Below the pieces are notes generated by a model that saw only the letters and a list, made by a program, of their open reading frames with translations, ran no database searches and was not told the origin of the DNA. From an uncultured Dehalococcoidaceae bacterium (lineage in GTDB: Bacteria; Chloroflexota; Dehalococcoidia; UBA2979), in assembly GCA_964414675.1 (NCBI GenBank), contig CAYPYF010000002.1, positions 5,532 through 69,531 of the forward strand: 64,000 nt of DNA, written 5' to 3'. Positions 1-9,070 of this stretch are shown piece by piece; position 1 is the stretch's first letter; every line of letters starts with the position of its first letter. The position numbers were made by a program, and so were the translations under genes.

Positions 1-266
1 CGGGTGCGCCGTGGGCGCTCCCCGTGTTCGAGGGGCATCCTCAGCCGATGTGCAGCGCGCTCGCACGCTCGTCACTGCCCGCGATACGTGACGCGATCGG
101 CGGCGGTGAGCGCTCGCCCGCGACGGTCGCGCGCTCCCTCGACGCGGTGCTCCTCGACGAAGCGCGGTGGCGCGGCGTCGACGCGGAAGGGCTGTCGTTC
201 TGGGACGTGGACACCCCGGAGGCATTCGAGGCAGCCGTCCGTCACCTCGAGTTGCCGGGCCGCTAG
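1..266 (+). CDS. mobA: molybdenum cofactor guanylyltransferase MobA, C-terminal fragment (5' end outside window)
   Basis: The frame containing ORF 24..266 is open from nt 3. It reads ...LPAIRDAIGGGERS...SFWDVDTPEAFEAA, which resembles the MobA C-terminus (GER motif, NVNTPE-like end). Confidence 0.55.
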   Translation, partial: GAPWALPVFEGHPQPMCSALARSSLPAIRDAIGGGERSPATVARSLDAVLLDEARWRGVDAEGLSFWDVDTPEAFEAAVRHLELPGR

Positions 267-279
267 CCGGTGGTCGTCG

Positions 280-723
280 CTACGCGTCCGCTTCGGCGGT
301 CTGTGCCCGTCGTTCGGCGAGGGCGGTGAGGCCGGCCCGTTCCTTCTTCAGGACGCCGCGCAGCCCGAGCGCGAGCAGCGGGTACATCAGGACAGCGCCG
401 ATCCCGGATGCCTCGATGCCGAGCGTAGCGCGCGTACCGGTCCCGCTCGGCTCGACCTCGTGCGTGCCGACGAACCTCGCGCCCATGTTCTTCGTGCTCC
501 AGCGGAACGCACGCCCGGGCTCGACGTGGTCGACGGTCCAGATCGCGGCGGACTGGCCGGGCTGCTTGATGCGGGCGCGGTTGCCGACGGCGATCGAGTC
601 GCCCTCGACCCACTCGATCGAGGTGATCGTGGGGGTCCACTCGTTCCAGTGCTCCACATCCACCGTGATGTCCCAGACGACGCTCGGGGGCGCGGCAATC
701 TCGAAGGTGGTGGCGAGCTTCAT
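280..723 (-). CDS. SRPBCC (polyketide cyclase/dehydrase-like) family protein
   Basis: Internal ATG at 721-723 of ORF 280..921. MKLATTFEIAAPPSVVWDITVDVEHWNEWTP is the typical SRPBCC N-terminus. The upstream part of the ORF is Arg/Pro-rich junk. Confidence 0.75.
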   Translation of the reverse strand: MKLATTFEIAAPPSVVWDITVDVEHWNEWTPTITSIEWVEGDSIAVGNRARIKQPGQSAAIWTVDHVEPGRAFRWSTKNMGARFVGTHEVEPSGTGTRATLGIEASGIGAVLMYPLLALGLRGVLKKERAGLTALAERRAQTAEADA

Positions 724-778
724 GGTCGACCCTCGATGGCGGCCTCCACCGCCGGGACTACCTCTTCGGGCGCGCTCT

Positions 779-1615
779 CTAGAGGGCGCGGTATGCCGAG
801 CGCATGTCCGCCTGGGCGAAGCCGGTCGGCGTGGAGCCGGTCGCGAAGTCGTACAGCGCGGCCTTGAAGATGCCCTCCAGCGCCTGCACCGTCCCCATCG
901 CGAGCGCGACGAGGGCGACACCCACCGTCAGGCCGAGGACCGGCGAGACGGAGAACAGCAGGACGGCCGGCAGGAACGCCACCAGCGCGGCGCCGATGTA
1001 CAGGAACATGAACCCGAAGTTGGCCGTCACCTGGTTCCCCCACGTGCCCTTCAGCAGCGCGCCGGAACGCTTGATCGCCGCGATCGGGCCGAGGCCTTCC
1101 ACGATGAGGACCGGGACGACGAAGAACGTCATGTACGCCCAGACACCGCCCGCGATCGACAGCGCGATCTGTCCGAGGAATCCGTCCGTGCGTTCGCGCA
1201 GCGCGTTCAGGATCAGGCCGACCGTCGCAGCGATGATCGCCCAGCCGAGGATCGCCGGCGCGTGGCTCGAGGCCCGCGAGAGCCCGTAGCCGATCGTCGC
1301 CGGGCGCCCCTTGAGGCGCTCCATCGCCGCTGCGACGAGCGCGGCGTTGAAGAACATCACGATGAAGTAGCTCGCGGCGAGGAGCAGGCCGGAGAGCACC
1401 ATGTCGGCCGGGGTGGCCTCGGTCTCACCGCCGCCTGCGACGGTGTCGAGCCGGTCCAGCGACCCGGTGCTGGCGGCGACGCCGGCAAAGATGCCGACGA
1501 GGAGCAGCAGGGCCACCGCTCCCATGATCGGGAACAGGATCAGCTTCCGGTCCTGCATCAGCACGCGCCATGACTGGCCGATGAGCGAAAACGTGTGTCC
1601 GATACTGGCGAACAT
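779..1615 (-). CDS. multi-pass membrane protein (DUF6159-like, from memory)
   Basis: 278-aa ORF with several hydrophobic helices and high GC3. The N-terminus MFASIGHTFSLIGQSWRVLMQDRKLILFP resembles that family. Confidence 0.7.
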   Translation of the reverse strand: MFASIGHTFSLIGQSWRVLMQDRKLILFPIMGAVALLLLVGIFAGVAASTGSLDRLDTVAGGGETEATPADMVLSGLLLAASYFIVMFFNAALVAAAMERLKGRPATIGYGLSRASSHAPAILGWAIIAATVGLILNALRERTDGFLGQIALSIAGGVWAYMTFFVVPVLIVEGLGPIAAIKRSGALLKGTWGNQVTANFGFMFLYIGAALVAFLPAVLLFSVSPVLGLTVGVALVALAMGTVQALEGIFKAALYDFATGSTPTGFAQADMRSAYRAL

Positions 1616-1731
1616 GGCTGACCCCTTAGCTCCGTTTCGCGGCGCGTTGAAACCGCGCCCTCGCGGTGTCCGTAGTCTACCGGAACGGCCGCGGGGTTGG
1701 GTTCCCGCAACCTGTCTGCTAGCGTCGCCGG

Positions 1732-2844
1732 GTGGAGCTCAGCCTGACCCGGGACGAGTGGATGGAGGCGGCGGTGGCCGCCGGCATCGCGGTCGGCGTG
1801 ATCCTCGGCGCGATCGTCGTCACCGCCCTCGTGACCCGCGCCGTCCATGCGCTGACCCATTCCACTGAGACCGACCTGGACGACCTGCTGGGCCGCGCGG
1901 TCCGGCGCCCGCTCGTTCTGTTTGTCGGCATCTGGGGCGTCGTGGTCGCGGCGCAGACGGTGTCGTTTATCGAGGGGGCGCACGCGGGCATCCTGACGGC
2001 GGGCGTCGTCCTGACCGTGCTCGTCGTCACCGTCACGGTCCGCCGGGTGCTGGTCATCCTGATCGAGTGGCAGGCCGCCCGCCCCGGCCTCTCGCAGTCG
2101 AAACTGCATCCCGGCTCGGTGCCGTTGATCCGCCGAGGCATCACGATCCTCGTCTTCGCGGCGGGGTTCCTCATCATCCTCGATGCGCTCGGGCTCGCGA
2201 TCAGCCCGCTGCTCGCCGGGCTCGGCATCGGCGGCATCGCCGTCGCCCTCGCCCTCCAACCGCTGCTCGCCAACGTGTTCGCGTCCTCGTACATGCTCTC
2301 GGACTCGTCGATCCGCATCGGCGACTCGGTGGAGATCGAGGGCGGCCCGACCGGCGTCGTGGACGACATCGGGTGGCGCGCCACGCGCATCCGCTCGTTC
2401 GACAACAACGTGGTGATCATCCCGAATTCGATGCTCGCGGACTCCACGGTCACGAACTACTCGCTGACGAGCCTCGAAGCTGACGCACGCGTCACGCTCG
2501 GCGTGGCGTACGAGGAAGACCTCGACCGGGTGGAGGCCGTGTGTCGCGACGTGCTGACGACCCTCCGCGACGAGTGGCCGACATCGGTGAAGGGCCGCGA
2601 TCCCGTCTTCTCGTACGTCTCGTTCGGCGACTCGAACATCGAGGTCCTGATGAAGCTGCGCACGCAGACCTGGTCAGACTCTTTCGGCCTGCGGCACGAG
2701 ATGGTGAAGCGGCTGCATGCGCGCCTCAAGGCAGAGGGCATCACGATTAGCTACCCGGCGCGGCGGTTGCTCCTCCAGCAGGGCGATGTCGATGGGCTTG
2801 GTGAGAGCGGGCGTGCCGAGGCCTCGGACGAGCCCATCACCTAG
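1732..2844 (+). CDS. mechanosensitive ion channel (MscS family)
   Basis: N-terminal TM helices followed by an MscS beta domain (IRIGDSVEIEGGPTGVVDDIGWRATRIRSFDNNVVIIPNS). GTG start. Confidence 0.85.
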   Translation: MELSLTRDEWMEAAVAAGIAVGVILGAIVVTALVTRAVHALTHSTETDLDDLLGRAVRRPLVLFVGIWGVVVAAQTVSFIEGAHAGILTAGVVLTVLVVTVTVRRVLVILIEWQAARPGLSQSKLHPGSVPLIRRGITILVFAAGFLIILDALGLAISPLLAGLGIGGIAVALALQPLLANVFASSYMLSDSSIRIGDSVEIEGGPTGVVDDIGWRATRIRSFDNNVVIIPNSMLADSTVTNYSLTSLEADARVTLGVAYEEDLDRVEAVCRDVLTTLRDEWPTSVKGRDPVFSYVSFGDSNIEVLMKLRTQTWSDSFGLRHEMVKRLHARLKAEGITISYPARRLLLQQGDVDGLGESGRAEASDEPIT

Positions 2845-2866
2845 GCGGTCCTCGGTGGCGCTGGCG

Positions 2867-4954
2867 CTATCGACCGGAGAAGAAGCGATCCCACCAGTTC
2901 GGCTCGGGCGTCGGCGTGGCTGAGACCACGGTCGGCGCAGCTGTCGGAGCGACGGGCGCTACGCCCGTCGCGTTCGCGGATGCCGAGGGACTTAGCGTCG
3001 CCGTGGCGCGGTCGGTCTCGCCGGATCGACGATCGCGCAGCGCGTCCAGCCATGCCTGGAACCAGTCCGGCACGGCGGAACGACCGCCTGTGCGGTCGTC
3101 GGCGCCGTCGTCAGTGTCTCGACCGTTGGGGTCTCGACCGTTGGGATCTCGACCGCTGGGAGGGTCCGACCCCCGGTCACCGTCCCGATCGCGATCGTCG
3201 TTGTTGCGGTCGCCGTCGCGCCGATCGGTCAGGGTGTTCCGCAGGGTCTCCGCGAGGGCAGGGACCAGGCGCTCCGCGCTCTTGCTGATCGCCTCGGTCT
3301 CGCGGCTGTTCAGCACGTCACGGACGCGTTCCGCCACACGCGGGTCGGAGACCGCCGCCGCGAGGATCGCCAGGCGCACGGCCTTCGTCTCATCGTCGCC
3401 CTTGAGGACGTCGTCCAGGACCGACTCAAGCCGCCGGTTGCTGTCCCGCTCAAGGGCCTCCTGCAGTCGCCCGACCCACGCGTCGGCCGTTGGCGCCACG
3501 GTCGGTGTGGTGCTCGGGCGCCACGGGGTCGCGGTCGCTGACGGCGTCGAGTGCGTCGAGGGGGCACGCGTCGGGTCCGGGCGTGTGGTGTCCGTCGCCG
3601 TCGCCGTGGCTGCCTCGGCCGTGGTCGTTGCAGCGACCTGGGCGGTGGCGGTGTCTGTCGCGGCGGACGTCTCGATCTCGGCGGAGCGCGAGCGCTTTGT
3701 CTCCACGACGCGCACCTGGGGCGCTTCGCCGACCGACTCGAGTTCGCTGCTCAGGGCGCGGATGGCTGTCCCGCCGTCGGCGGCCACGGCGACCTCCAGC
3801 GGGAGCCGCGCGATCTGCACCGACTCCGGCACGCGGATCGCCAGGCTGCTCGCCGGGGTGCTGACGGTCACGGACCCCTCGCCGCCGGCGTAGCGCCGCA
3901 GCACGAGCGAGTACTCACCGAGCGAGACGTCCCCGACCACGATGGTCTGCTGCGCCTTGCCGTCGATGGTCTCGATGTCCGTGGTGATGATGCCGGGGAT
4001 CTGCCGGAACGCGAGTCCGTTGAGGAGCACACCGGTGGCCGCGCCCTTCGGCGAGATGAGATAGGCGACCACGGGGCCGCGGACCTGGATCTCCCCGGCC
4101 GCCGGGCTGCGCTGCGGCTCGCTGATGCCATCCGCGTTCGCGCGGACGATCTGGCCCGCGGCGACGTCCACGGTGCGCTCGCCCAGGGCGAGGCTGACGT
4201 GGCCCTCCGCGGTCTCGACGGCGGTATCGCCGTTCACGGTGGTCTCGAACACGGTCCCGTGCGCGGCGACCACGGCGTGTGGCGTGCGGATCACGTACGA
4301 GTCGCCGGCGCCGATCGGCACGACGTCGTTCCAGATCCGGCCGCTCTCCTGTCGCAGGCCGATCTGGCGCGCACCGTTGACGGCGATCTGGTCGAGCCCG
4401 AGTTGCGTCGAGGCGTCGATGGTCGCCGTCGAGCCGTCCGGGAAGGTCAGCATCGCGAACGAGCCCTCACCGGTGCGGATCGTGATGCCCTCGTTCAGCG
4501 TGGCGCCGTCATCCAGTGGCTCCCAGCCACCCTCGATCTGCTCCTCGACCTGGCCGGTGAAGACGGTCAGCGTCGCCGCCGATGCGGTCGAGGGACTGCC
4601 GCCCCAGACGAGTGCGAGCGCGATGACGGCGACCAGCGCGGCGGGGACTCCCACCGAGGCGAACCGCAGCATCGGGAGGCCGAAGGTGAACGACGGCAGG
4701 CTGGGCACGCGGAAGCGCGGGCCGTCCTGCGGCGTCGCCCGCAACTCGGCCATGAAGGCCGCACGCCGTGCCGGGTCTGGCGTCACCGAAGGCACCGGGA
4801 TGGCCGTTACGTCCATCGCCGCCCGCAGGAGTGGCTCGAGCGCGGTGCGGTGCTCGGGCGCCTCGGCGAGGCATTCCTCGATCGTCGCGTCGCCCGCGAG
4901 GATGTCCTGCAGGAAGCGGTCGAGCAGCTCGGCGAGGAGCTGGTCGTTGCTCAT
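2867..4954 (-). CDS. anti-sigma factor-like membrane protein with extracytoplasmic FecR-type domain and long low-complexity tail
   Basis: Its ATG overlaps the sigma gene stop by 4 nt. It has a single TM (FASVGVPAALVAVIALALVW) and a FecR-like segment (GEGSFAMLTFPDGSTATIDASTQL). The C-terminus is Thr/Ala/Pro-rich and Asp/Arg-rich. Confidence 0.75.
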   Translation of the reverse strand: MSNDQLLAELLDRFLQDILAGDATIEECLAEAPEHRTALEPLLRAAMDVTAIPVPSVTPDPARRAAFMAELRATPQDGPRFRVPSLPSFTFGLPMLRFASVGVPAALVAVIALALVWGGSPSTASAATLTVFTGQVEEQIEGGWEPLDDGATLNEGITIRTGEGSFAMLTFPDGSTATIDASTQLGLDQIAVNGARQIGLRQESGRIWNDVVPIGAGDSYVIRTPHAVVAAHGTVFETTVNGDTAVETAEGHVSLALGERTVDVAAGQIVRANADGISEPQRSPAAGEIQVRGPVVAYLISPKGAATGVLLNGLAFRQIPGIITTDIETIDGKAQQTIVVGDVSLGEYSLVLRRYAGGEGSVTVSTPASSLAIRVPESVQIARLPLEVAVAADGGTAIRALSSELESVGEAPQVRVVETKRSRSAEIETSAATDTATAQVAATTTAEAATATATDTTRPDPTRAPSTHSTPSATATPWRPSTTPTVAPTADAWVGRLQEALERDSNRRLESVLDDVLKGDDETKAVRLAILAAAVSDPRVAERVRDVLNSRETEAISKSAERLVPALAETLRNTLTDRRDGDRNNDDRDRDGDRGSDPPSGRDPNGRDPNGRDTDDGADDRTGGRSAVPDWFQAWLDALRDRRSGETDRATATLSPSASANATGVAPVAPTAAPTVVSATPTPEPNWWDRFFSGR
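3117..3161 (-). repeat. 3 x 15-bp in-frame tandem repeat within the anti-sigma gene
   Basis: TCTCGACCGTTGGGG / TCTCGACCGTTGGGA / TCTCGACCGCTGGGA on the plus strand, encoding GRDPNGRDPNGRD on the minus strand. Confidence 0.8.
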
Positions 4955-5532
4955 GACAGCCCCCCTTCCGATTCAAGTTCACGTCGTAGCGCCTGGAGCG
5001 CCCGCATCTGCAGGCCGCGGACGGTTACTTCCTTGCGCCCCATGGCGTCGCCGATCTCTCGGGCCGACTTCTCCATGAGGAAGCGCTGCACCAGCACCTC
5101 GCGGTGGTCCTCCGAGAGACGCTCCAGCGCTGCGCGCAGCACCTCGTTCGTCTCCGCCGTGAGGACACGCGATTCCGCCTCGGCTTCTTCGGGCAGGTCG
5201 ACGCCTTCGAGGTCGGTGGTGGGACGGTTCGTGCGGAAGTAGTCAACCATCTGGTTGTGGGCCATCCGATACAGCCATGCCCGGAACGGGGCGCCGCGAT
5301 GTTGGTACCGCGGGATGGCCCGCCAGGCTTTCAGGAACACCTGTTGAGCCAGGTCCTCTGCGATGTCTGGGTTCCGGGTGCGGATGACCAGGTAGCGCAG
5401 GATCTCCGGCTGGAAGCGGTCGAAGAGTTGGCCGAATGCCTCGGCGTCGCCCTCTCTGGCACGGTCGACGAGAGGACGGATGACCCCCGCTTCCTCATCC
5501 GCCGCCGCATCGGCACGACGCTGCGCTTCCAT
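4951..5532 (-). CDS. ECF-type RNA polymerase sigma-70 family factor
   Basis: Region 2 (FGQLFDRFQPEILRYLV...DLAQQVFLKAW) and region 4 (EVLVQRFLMEKSAREIGDAMGRKEVTVRGLQMRAL) are present. Start chosen at the ATG at 5530-5532; the ORF extends to 5670. Confidence 0.85.
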   Translation of the reverse strand: MEAQRRADAAADEEAGVIRPLVDRAREGDAEAFGQLFDRFQPEILRYLVIRTRNPDIAEDLAQQVFLKAWRAIPRYQHRGAPFRAWLYRMAHNQMVDYFRTNRPTTDLEGVDLPEEAEAESRVLTAETNEVLRAALERLSEDHREVLVQRFLMEKSAREIGDAMGRKEVTVRGLQMRALQALRRELESEGGLS

Positions 5533-5710
5533 TTGATCCAACGAGCCTGGCCCCGTTTCGTTCGTCAGGTTTAGACGTGGGGACGCCGCATCCAGTGCGT
5601 TCTTGATCGCCTCGAAATTGGCGTCTGGAGCGCACAACGCGACCCGCGCTGGACAGGCGGGGCGCCTCACCGTGGCGTACCAACGTGCCCTCTGAGCCTA
5701 ACGCGCGAAG

Positions 5711-5739
5711 ACGACCGGAGCCGAGGGCGCTCCGGTCGT
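5711..5739 (-). terminator. hairpin downstream of the secreted-protein gene
   Basis: ACGACCGGAGC-CGAGGGC-GCTCCGGTCGT, an 11-bp stem 44 nt after the stop at 5783. No U-tract. Confidence 0.4.
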
Positions 5740-5782
5740 ACGCGGCTTTGTAATGGTGCATCGTAGACGCCCCGTAATCGGC

Positions 5783-6304
5783 CTATCTGGTCGCCGATCG
5801 GGCGGGGCGCCTGGGGCGCTCCGTTGGGCGCTCCGTCGGGTGCTCGGTGGGGCGGTTCGGCACTCCGTCCGCCACGATCGCACGGCAGCGCTCGCCGAGG
5901 CTCGTCGCCACGGACTCCGCGCTGGCGATCCGGCGACAGACTGCGAGGGCGCTCGGGCCGGCCGTCTCGGACGACAGCCACACGCGGCAGCGCTCCACGA
6001 GGGATGCCGGTGCACCCTCGGCGGCGGCCACACGCCGGCAGACCGACCCGGCGGTTGCCCACTCGCTCCGCTCGAGGCGTACCCGGACGATCGCCTCGGC
6101 GGCCTGGGGCGGGAGGATGCCGGCCGCGACGAGGTGGTCGAGGACGGCCCAGCCGGGCACGGGCGTATCGAGCGCGGTCGCGGCGGCAGGAGTCGAGGCA
6201 TCATCGTCACTCGCCGTCTGGGCCGATGCCGTCATCACAATGCCGACGGACATGCTGATCGCTACGGCCATGGGAAGAAGGGATGTTCGGAGGTGTCGTC
6301 GCAT
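5783..6304 (-). CDS. secreted hypothetical protein with duplicated CX16C motif and Pro/Thr/Glu/Arg repeat tail
   Basis: Signal peptide (…MSVGIVMTASA/QT), high GC3, and two copies of VCRR(V/I)A..AE....SL.ERCR. No family recognised. Confidence 0.6.
   Translation of the reverse strand: MRRHLRTSLLPMAVAISMSVGIVMTASAQTASDDDASTPAAATALDTPVPGWAVLDHLVAAGILPPQAAEAIVRVRLERSEWATAGSVCRRVAAAEGAPASLVERCRVWLSSETAGPSALAVCRRIASAESVATSLGERCRAIVADGVPNRPTEHPTERPTERPRRPARSATR
5814..5861 (-). repeat. 4 x 12-bp degenerate in-frame tandem repeat at the 3' end of the secreted-protein gene
   Basis: GGGCGCTCCGTT / GGGCGCTCCGTC / GGGTGCTCGGTG / GGGCGGTTCGGC, encoding PTEHPTERPTERP. Confidence 0.7.
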
Positions 6305-6361
6305 TGCATCGCTCCGTACCGGACGAGAGGGCGCCTGTGGTGTCGCCGGTCCTGTCGGCTA

Positions 6362-6386
6362 TAACGCCGCGAGAACTGGTTCGTTC
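6362..6386 (-). promoter_or_regulatory. candidate ECF-type promoter upstream of the secreted-protein gene
   Basis: The minus strand reads GAAC (6386-6383), 16 nt, CGTTA (6366-6362), about 55 nt upstream of the ATG at 6304. Confidence 0.3.
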
Positions 6387-6500
6387 GGTGCGAGGGAATT
6401 CGGCGCTCAATCGACCGGTAGCCGCGCCTCACGTGTGTGGCCCTTCGGAGCCTCCCTCGCCCGGACTGGGCGGATCTCCTCCGCGCCGTACGATGTCTGC

Positions 6501-7892
6501 ATGGCGCTTGGCCCCGAGTTCGATCAACCCCCCGGGCGGTCATTCCGACGGTTCGACGATGCGGTGAGCCGAGGGCAGGACCGCCTCTTTCGGGTGCTCT
6601 GGTTCGCCGTCCCGCCTCAGTCGGTCGCGCGCAACCTCGACTTCCAGGCGCTGCTCGCCTCGCGGTTCTTCGCGGACATGGCGCTCCAGGCGCTCTACTA
6701 CGCGGCGCTCATCGCGAGTGCGCGGGCCGGCGACGAGGCGATCCAGGCCGCCGTGATCGGTGTCGCGTTCCTCCTGCCGGGCGTGGTCCTCGGCCCGTGG
6801 GGCGGCGCCGTCGCGGACGCGATGCCGAAGCGACTCGCGCTCGTGGGCGCATACCTCGCGATGGGGCTGCTCGCGCTCCTCGTCCCGCTGGGGACGGGCA
6901 CGGGGTTTGTGGCGATGCTCGCCGTGATCTTCCTGGTCCGTGTGCTCCACCAGGTGTCGCAGCCCGCCGAGGCGGCAGCGGCGCCGATGGTGGCGAGTCA
7001 CGCCGAACTCGCGTCGGCGAACTCGTTCATCTCGCTCTCGTCCTCGGCGGGCGAGGTGACGGGGAAGGCGCTGCTCGCGCCGGCGGTCGTGCGGTTCTGG
7101 GGGCTGCGGCCGATCACGGCGATCGCGGGGCTGATGTTCATCTTCTCCGCCCTGCGCATCGTGAAGTTCCAGCCACACAGCGAGCGCGGGGCGCGGTTCG
7201 AGCGCGCGAGCATCCGTCCCGCCGGCATCGGCGAGGCGTTCCGCTGGCTCCTGGAGGAGCCGGGCGCGTTCTGGATGCTGCTCCTGGCCGGGATGGCGAG
7301 CACGACGAACGTGGTGCTCGGCACGCTCGGTCCGCAGTACGTGAAGCAGGTGCTGGACGTGGATCCGGCATTCACGTTCTACGTGTTCGCGCCGGCCTCG
7401 CTGGGCGTCGTCGCCGGCCTCCTCGTCGCGCCGCTCGCCATCCGGCTGTTCGCTGAGCGCGCGGTCGCGGTCGGTGGGTTCGCGCTGATGTCGGCCGCGA
7501 TGTTCGGGATGGGCCAGGCGAACTGGATGGCGGACGTCTTCGGGTGGGTGCTCATCATCCCGGTCCCGGGGATCTCCACGGAGGTCGCGATGGCGTCCGC
7601 GCTGTCGCTGGTCGTGGGGACCGGGATCACGGTGGCCGCGGCGGCGACGCAGACCTACGTCGGCAAGTACGTGCCGGTGCCGATCCATGGACGCGTCTTC
7701 GCGATTCTCGGGGCGCTCAAGGACGGGCTCGCGATCCCACCGCTGCTGATCCTCGGTGCGATCTCGGCGTACACGGGCGTCGGGCTCGTGATCACCCTCG
7801 CGCCGCTCGCGCTGATCGTGGTCGCCCTCGGCGTGGCGAGGGCATCCCGGTCGTGGCATGGCCGGCGCCCGACGAGCAGTCGGTTCGTCTAG
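6501..7892 (+). CDS. MFS transporter
   Basis: ATG at 6501 inside ORF 5847..7892. About 12 predicted TM helices; the upstream 218 codons are non-protein-like. Confidence 0.8.
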   Translation: MALGPEFDQPPGRSFRRFDDAVSRGQDRLFRVLWFAVPPQSVARNLDFQALLASRFFADMALQALYYAALIASARAGDEAIQAAVIGVAFLLPGVVLGPWGGAVADAMPKRLALVGAYLAMGLLALLVPLGTGTGFVAMLAVIFLVRVLHQVSQPAEAAAAPMVASHAELASANSFISLSSSAGEVTGKALLAPAVVRFWGLRPITAIAGLMFIFSALRIVKFQPHSERGARFERASIRPAGIGEAFRWLLEEPGAFWMLLLAGMASTTNVVLGTLGPQYVKQVLDVDPAFTFYVFAPASLGVVAGLLVAPLAIRLFAERAVAVGGFALMSAAMFGMGQANWMADVFGWVLIIPVPGISTEVAMASALSLVVGTGITVAAAATQTYVGKYVPVPIHGRVFAILGALKDGLAIPPLLILGAISAYTGVGLVITLAPLALIVVALGVARASRSWHGRRPTSSRFV

Positions 7893-7919
7893 GGCCGCGC
7901 TGCCCGAGGCCTGCGTCCG

Positions 7920-8984
7920 CTACGGGTAGAGCGGGCCACGCTCCAGGCCTGCGGTCTGCGGCAGCCCGAACATCAAGTTCAGGTTCTGCATCGCGGAACC
8001 GCTCTGGCCTTTCATCAGGTTGTCGATCGAGGAGATCACCACCACCCGCCGGCCGCCCTCCGCGACGAAGACGGAGAGGTCGATGTAGTTCGACCCCAGC
8101 GTGCCCTTCAGCGTCGGCGGGGTCTCGAGGATGCGGACGAACGGCTGCCCCGCGTAGAACTCGCGGTAGCGCGCCATGAGCGCCTCTCGCGTCACGGACT
8201 CGGTCACGCTGAGGTGCATCGTGTTGAGGATGCCGCGCGTGGTGCCGAGCAGGTGCGGGATGAAGTCCACCGTGGCGCCGGAGGACTTCCCGATCCGCCC
8301 GAGGGTCATCTCCGCCTCGACGACGTGCTGGTGGTTCAGCACGCGGTAGGGGATCACGTTGTCGTTGAGGTGGGAGAGGTGCTGCAGCGGCGCCGGCTTC
8401 TTGCCCGCGCCGCTCGATCCCGTGAGTCCGTCCACCTGGACCGTGCCCGCCTCGACGAGTCCGTCCGCGTAGAGCGGCGCCAGGCCGAGGATGATCCCGA
8501 CCGCGAAGCAGCCCGGGTTGCCGACGATGCTCGCGTTCGCGACAGCCTCGCCGTTCAGTTCGGAGACGCCGTACGCGTTCTGTCCGAGGAGGTCGGCGGT
8601 CACGTGCGTGACGTCCGCGATCGAGGGATGGCGGTCCGCGTACCGCGCGTAGTCCGCGGTGCTGGTGAAGCGGAAGTCGCCGGAGTAGTCGATGAACTTC
8701 ACGCCACGGGCATGGAGGTCAACCGCGTACTGCTGGGAGACGCGGTCCGGCGTCGCGAAGATCACGACGTCGCAGTCCTCGCCGACGCCCACCTTGTCCG
8801 GAGCGTCGACGACGAGGTCCGTGCGCCCCTCCAGGTGCGGGTAGATCTCGGCGATGCGCTTCCCCGCGTCGTCGCGCGCGACGAGTTGCGCGACCTCGAA
8901 GTCCGGGTGCTGCAACAGCAACTCGAGGATGCCGAGTCCGCCGTAGCCGGTGGCGCCGATGAGCTGGGCGCGGATGGGAGCCAT
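7920..8984 (-). CDS. argC: N-acetyl-gamma-glutamyl-phosphate reductase
   Basis: MAPIRAQLIGATGYGGLGILELLLQHPDFEV (NAD-binding GxxGxxG) and the catalytic GNPGCFAVG motif. Confidence 0.85.
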   Translation of the reverse strand: MAPIRAQLIGATGYGGLGILELLLQHPDFEVAQLVARDDAGKRIAEIYPHLEGRTDLVVDAPDKVGVGEDCDVVIFATPDRVSQQYAVDLHARGVKFIDYSGDFRFTSTADYARYADRHPSIADVTHVTADLLGQNAYGVSELNGEAVANASIVGNPGCFAVGIILGLAPLYADGLVEAGTVQVDGLTGSSGAGKKPAPLQHLSHLNDNVIPYRVLNHQHVVEAEMTLGRIGKSSGATVDFIPHLLGTTRGILNTMHLSVTESVTREALMARYREFYAGQPFVRILETPPTLKGTLGSNYIDLSVFVAEGGRRVVVISSIDNLMKGQSGSAMQNLNLMFGLPQTAGLERGPLYP

Positions 8985-9070
8985 GAGAGTCCTCCGTCAG
9001 TCGCGATCCGACTCGCGAGAAGGTGCAGTGTAGGTTTGGCGTCCGGCATGGGACAGGCGATAGTCAGGCC

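Noticed and set aside
5533-5710. ECF-like promoter directly upstream of the sigma gene (AAGAAC ... CGTCTAA on the minus strand)
   Set aside because: The spacing between AAC and CGTC is 13 or 21 nt, not the 16-17 nt expected, so I do not report it as a feature.
5847-6500. Long N-terminal extensions in the ORF track (also 18819-19475, 58634-59413, 30630-30890, 11440-12099, 21776-22120)
   Set aside because: The extensions are Arg/Pro/Ala-rich, and they overlap other supported genes or intergenic promoters. They are followed by internal starts that have SD sequences and a family-typical N-terminus.
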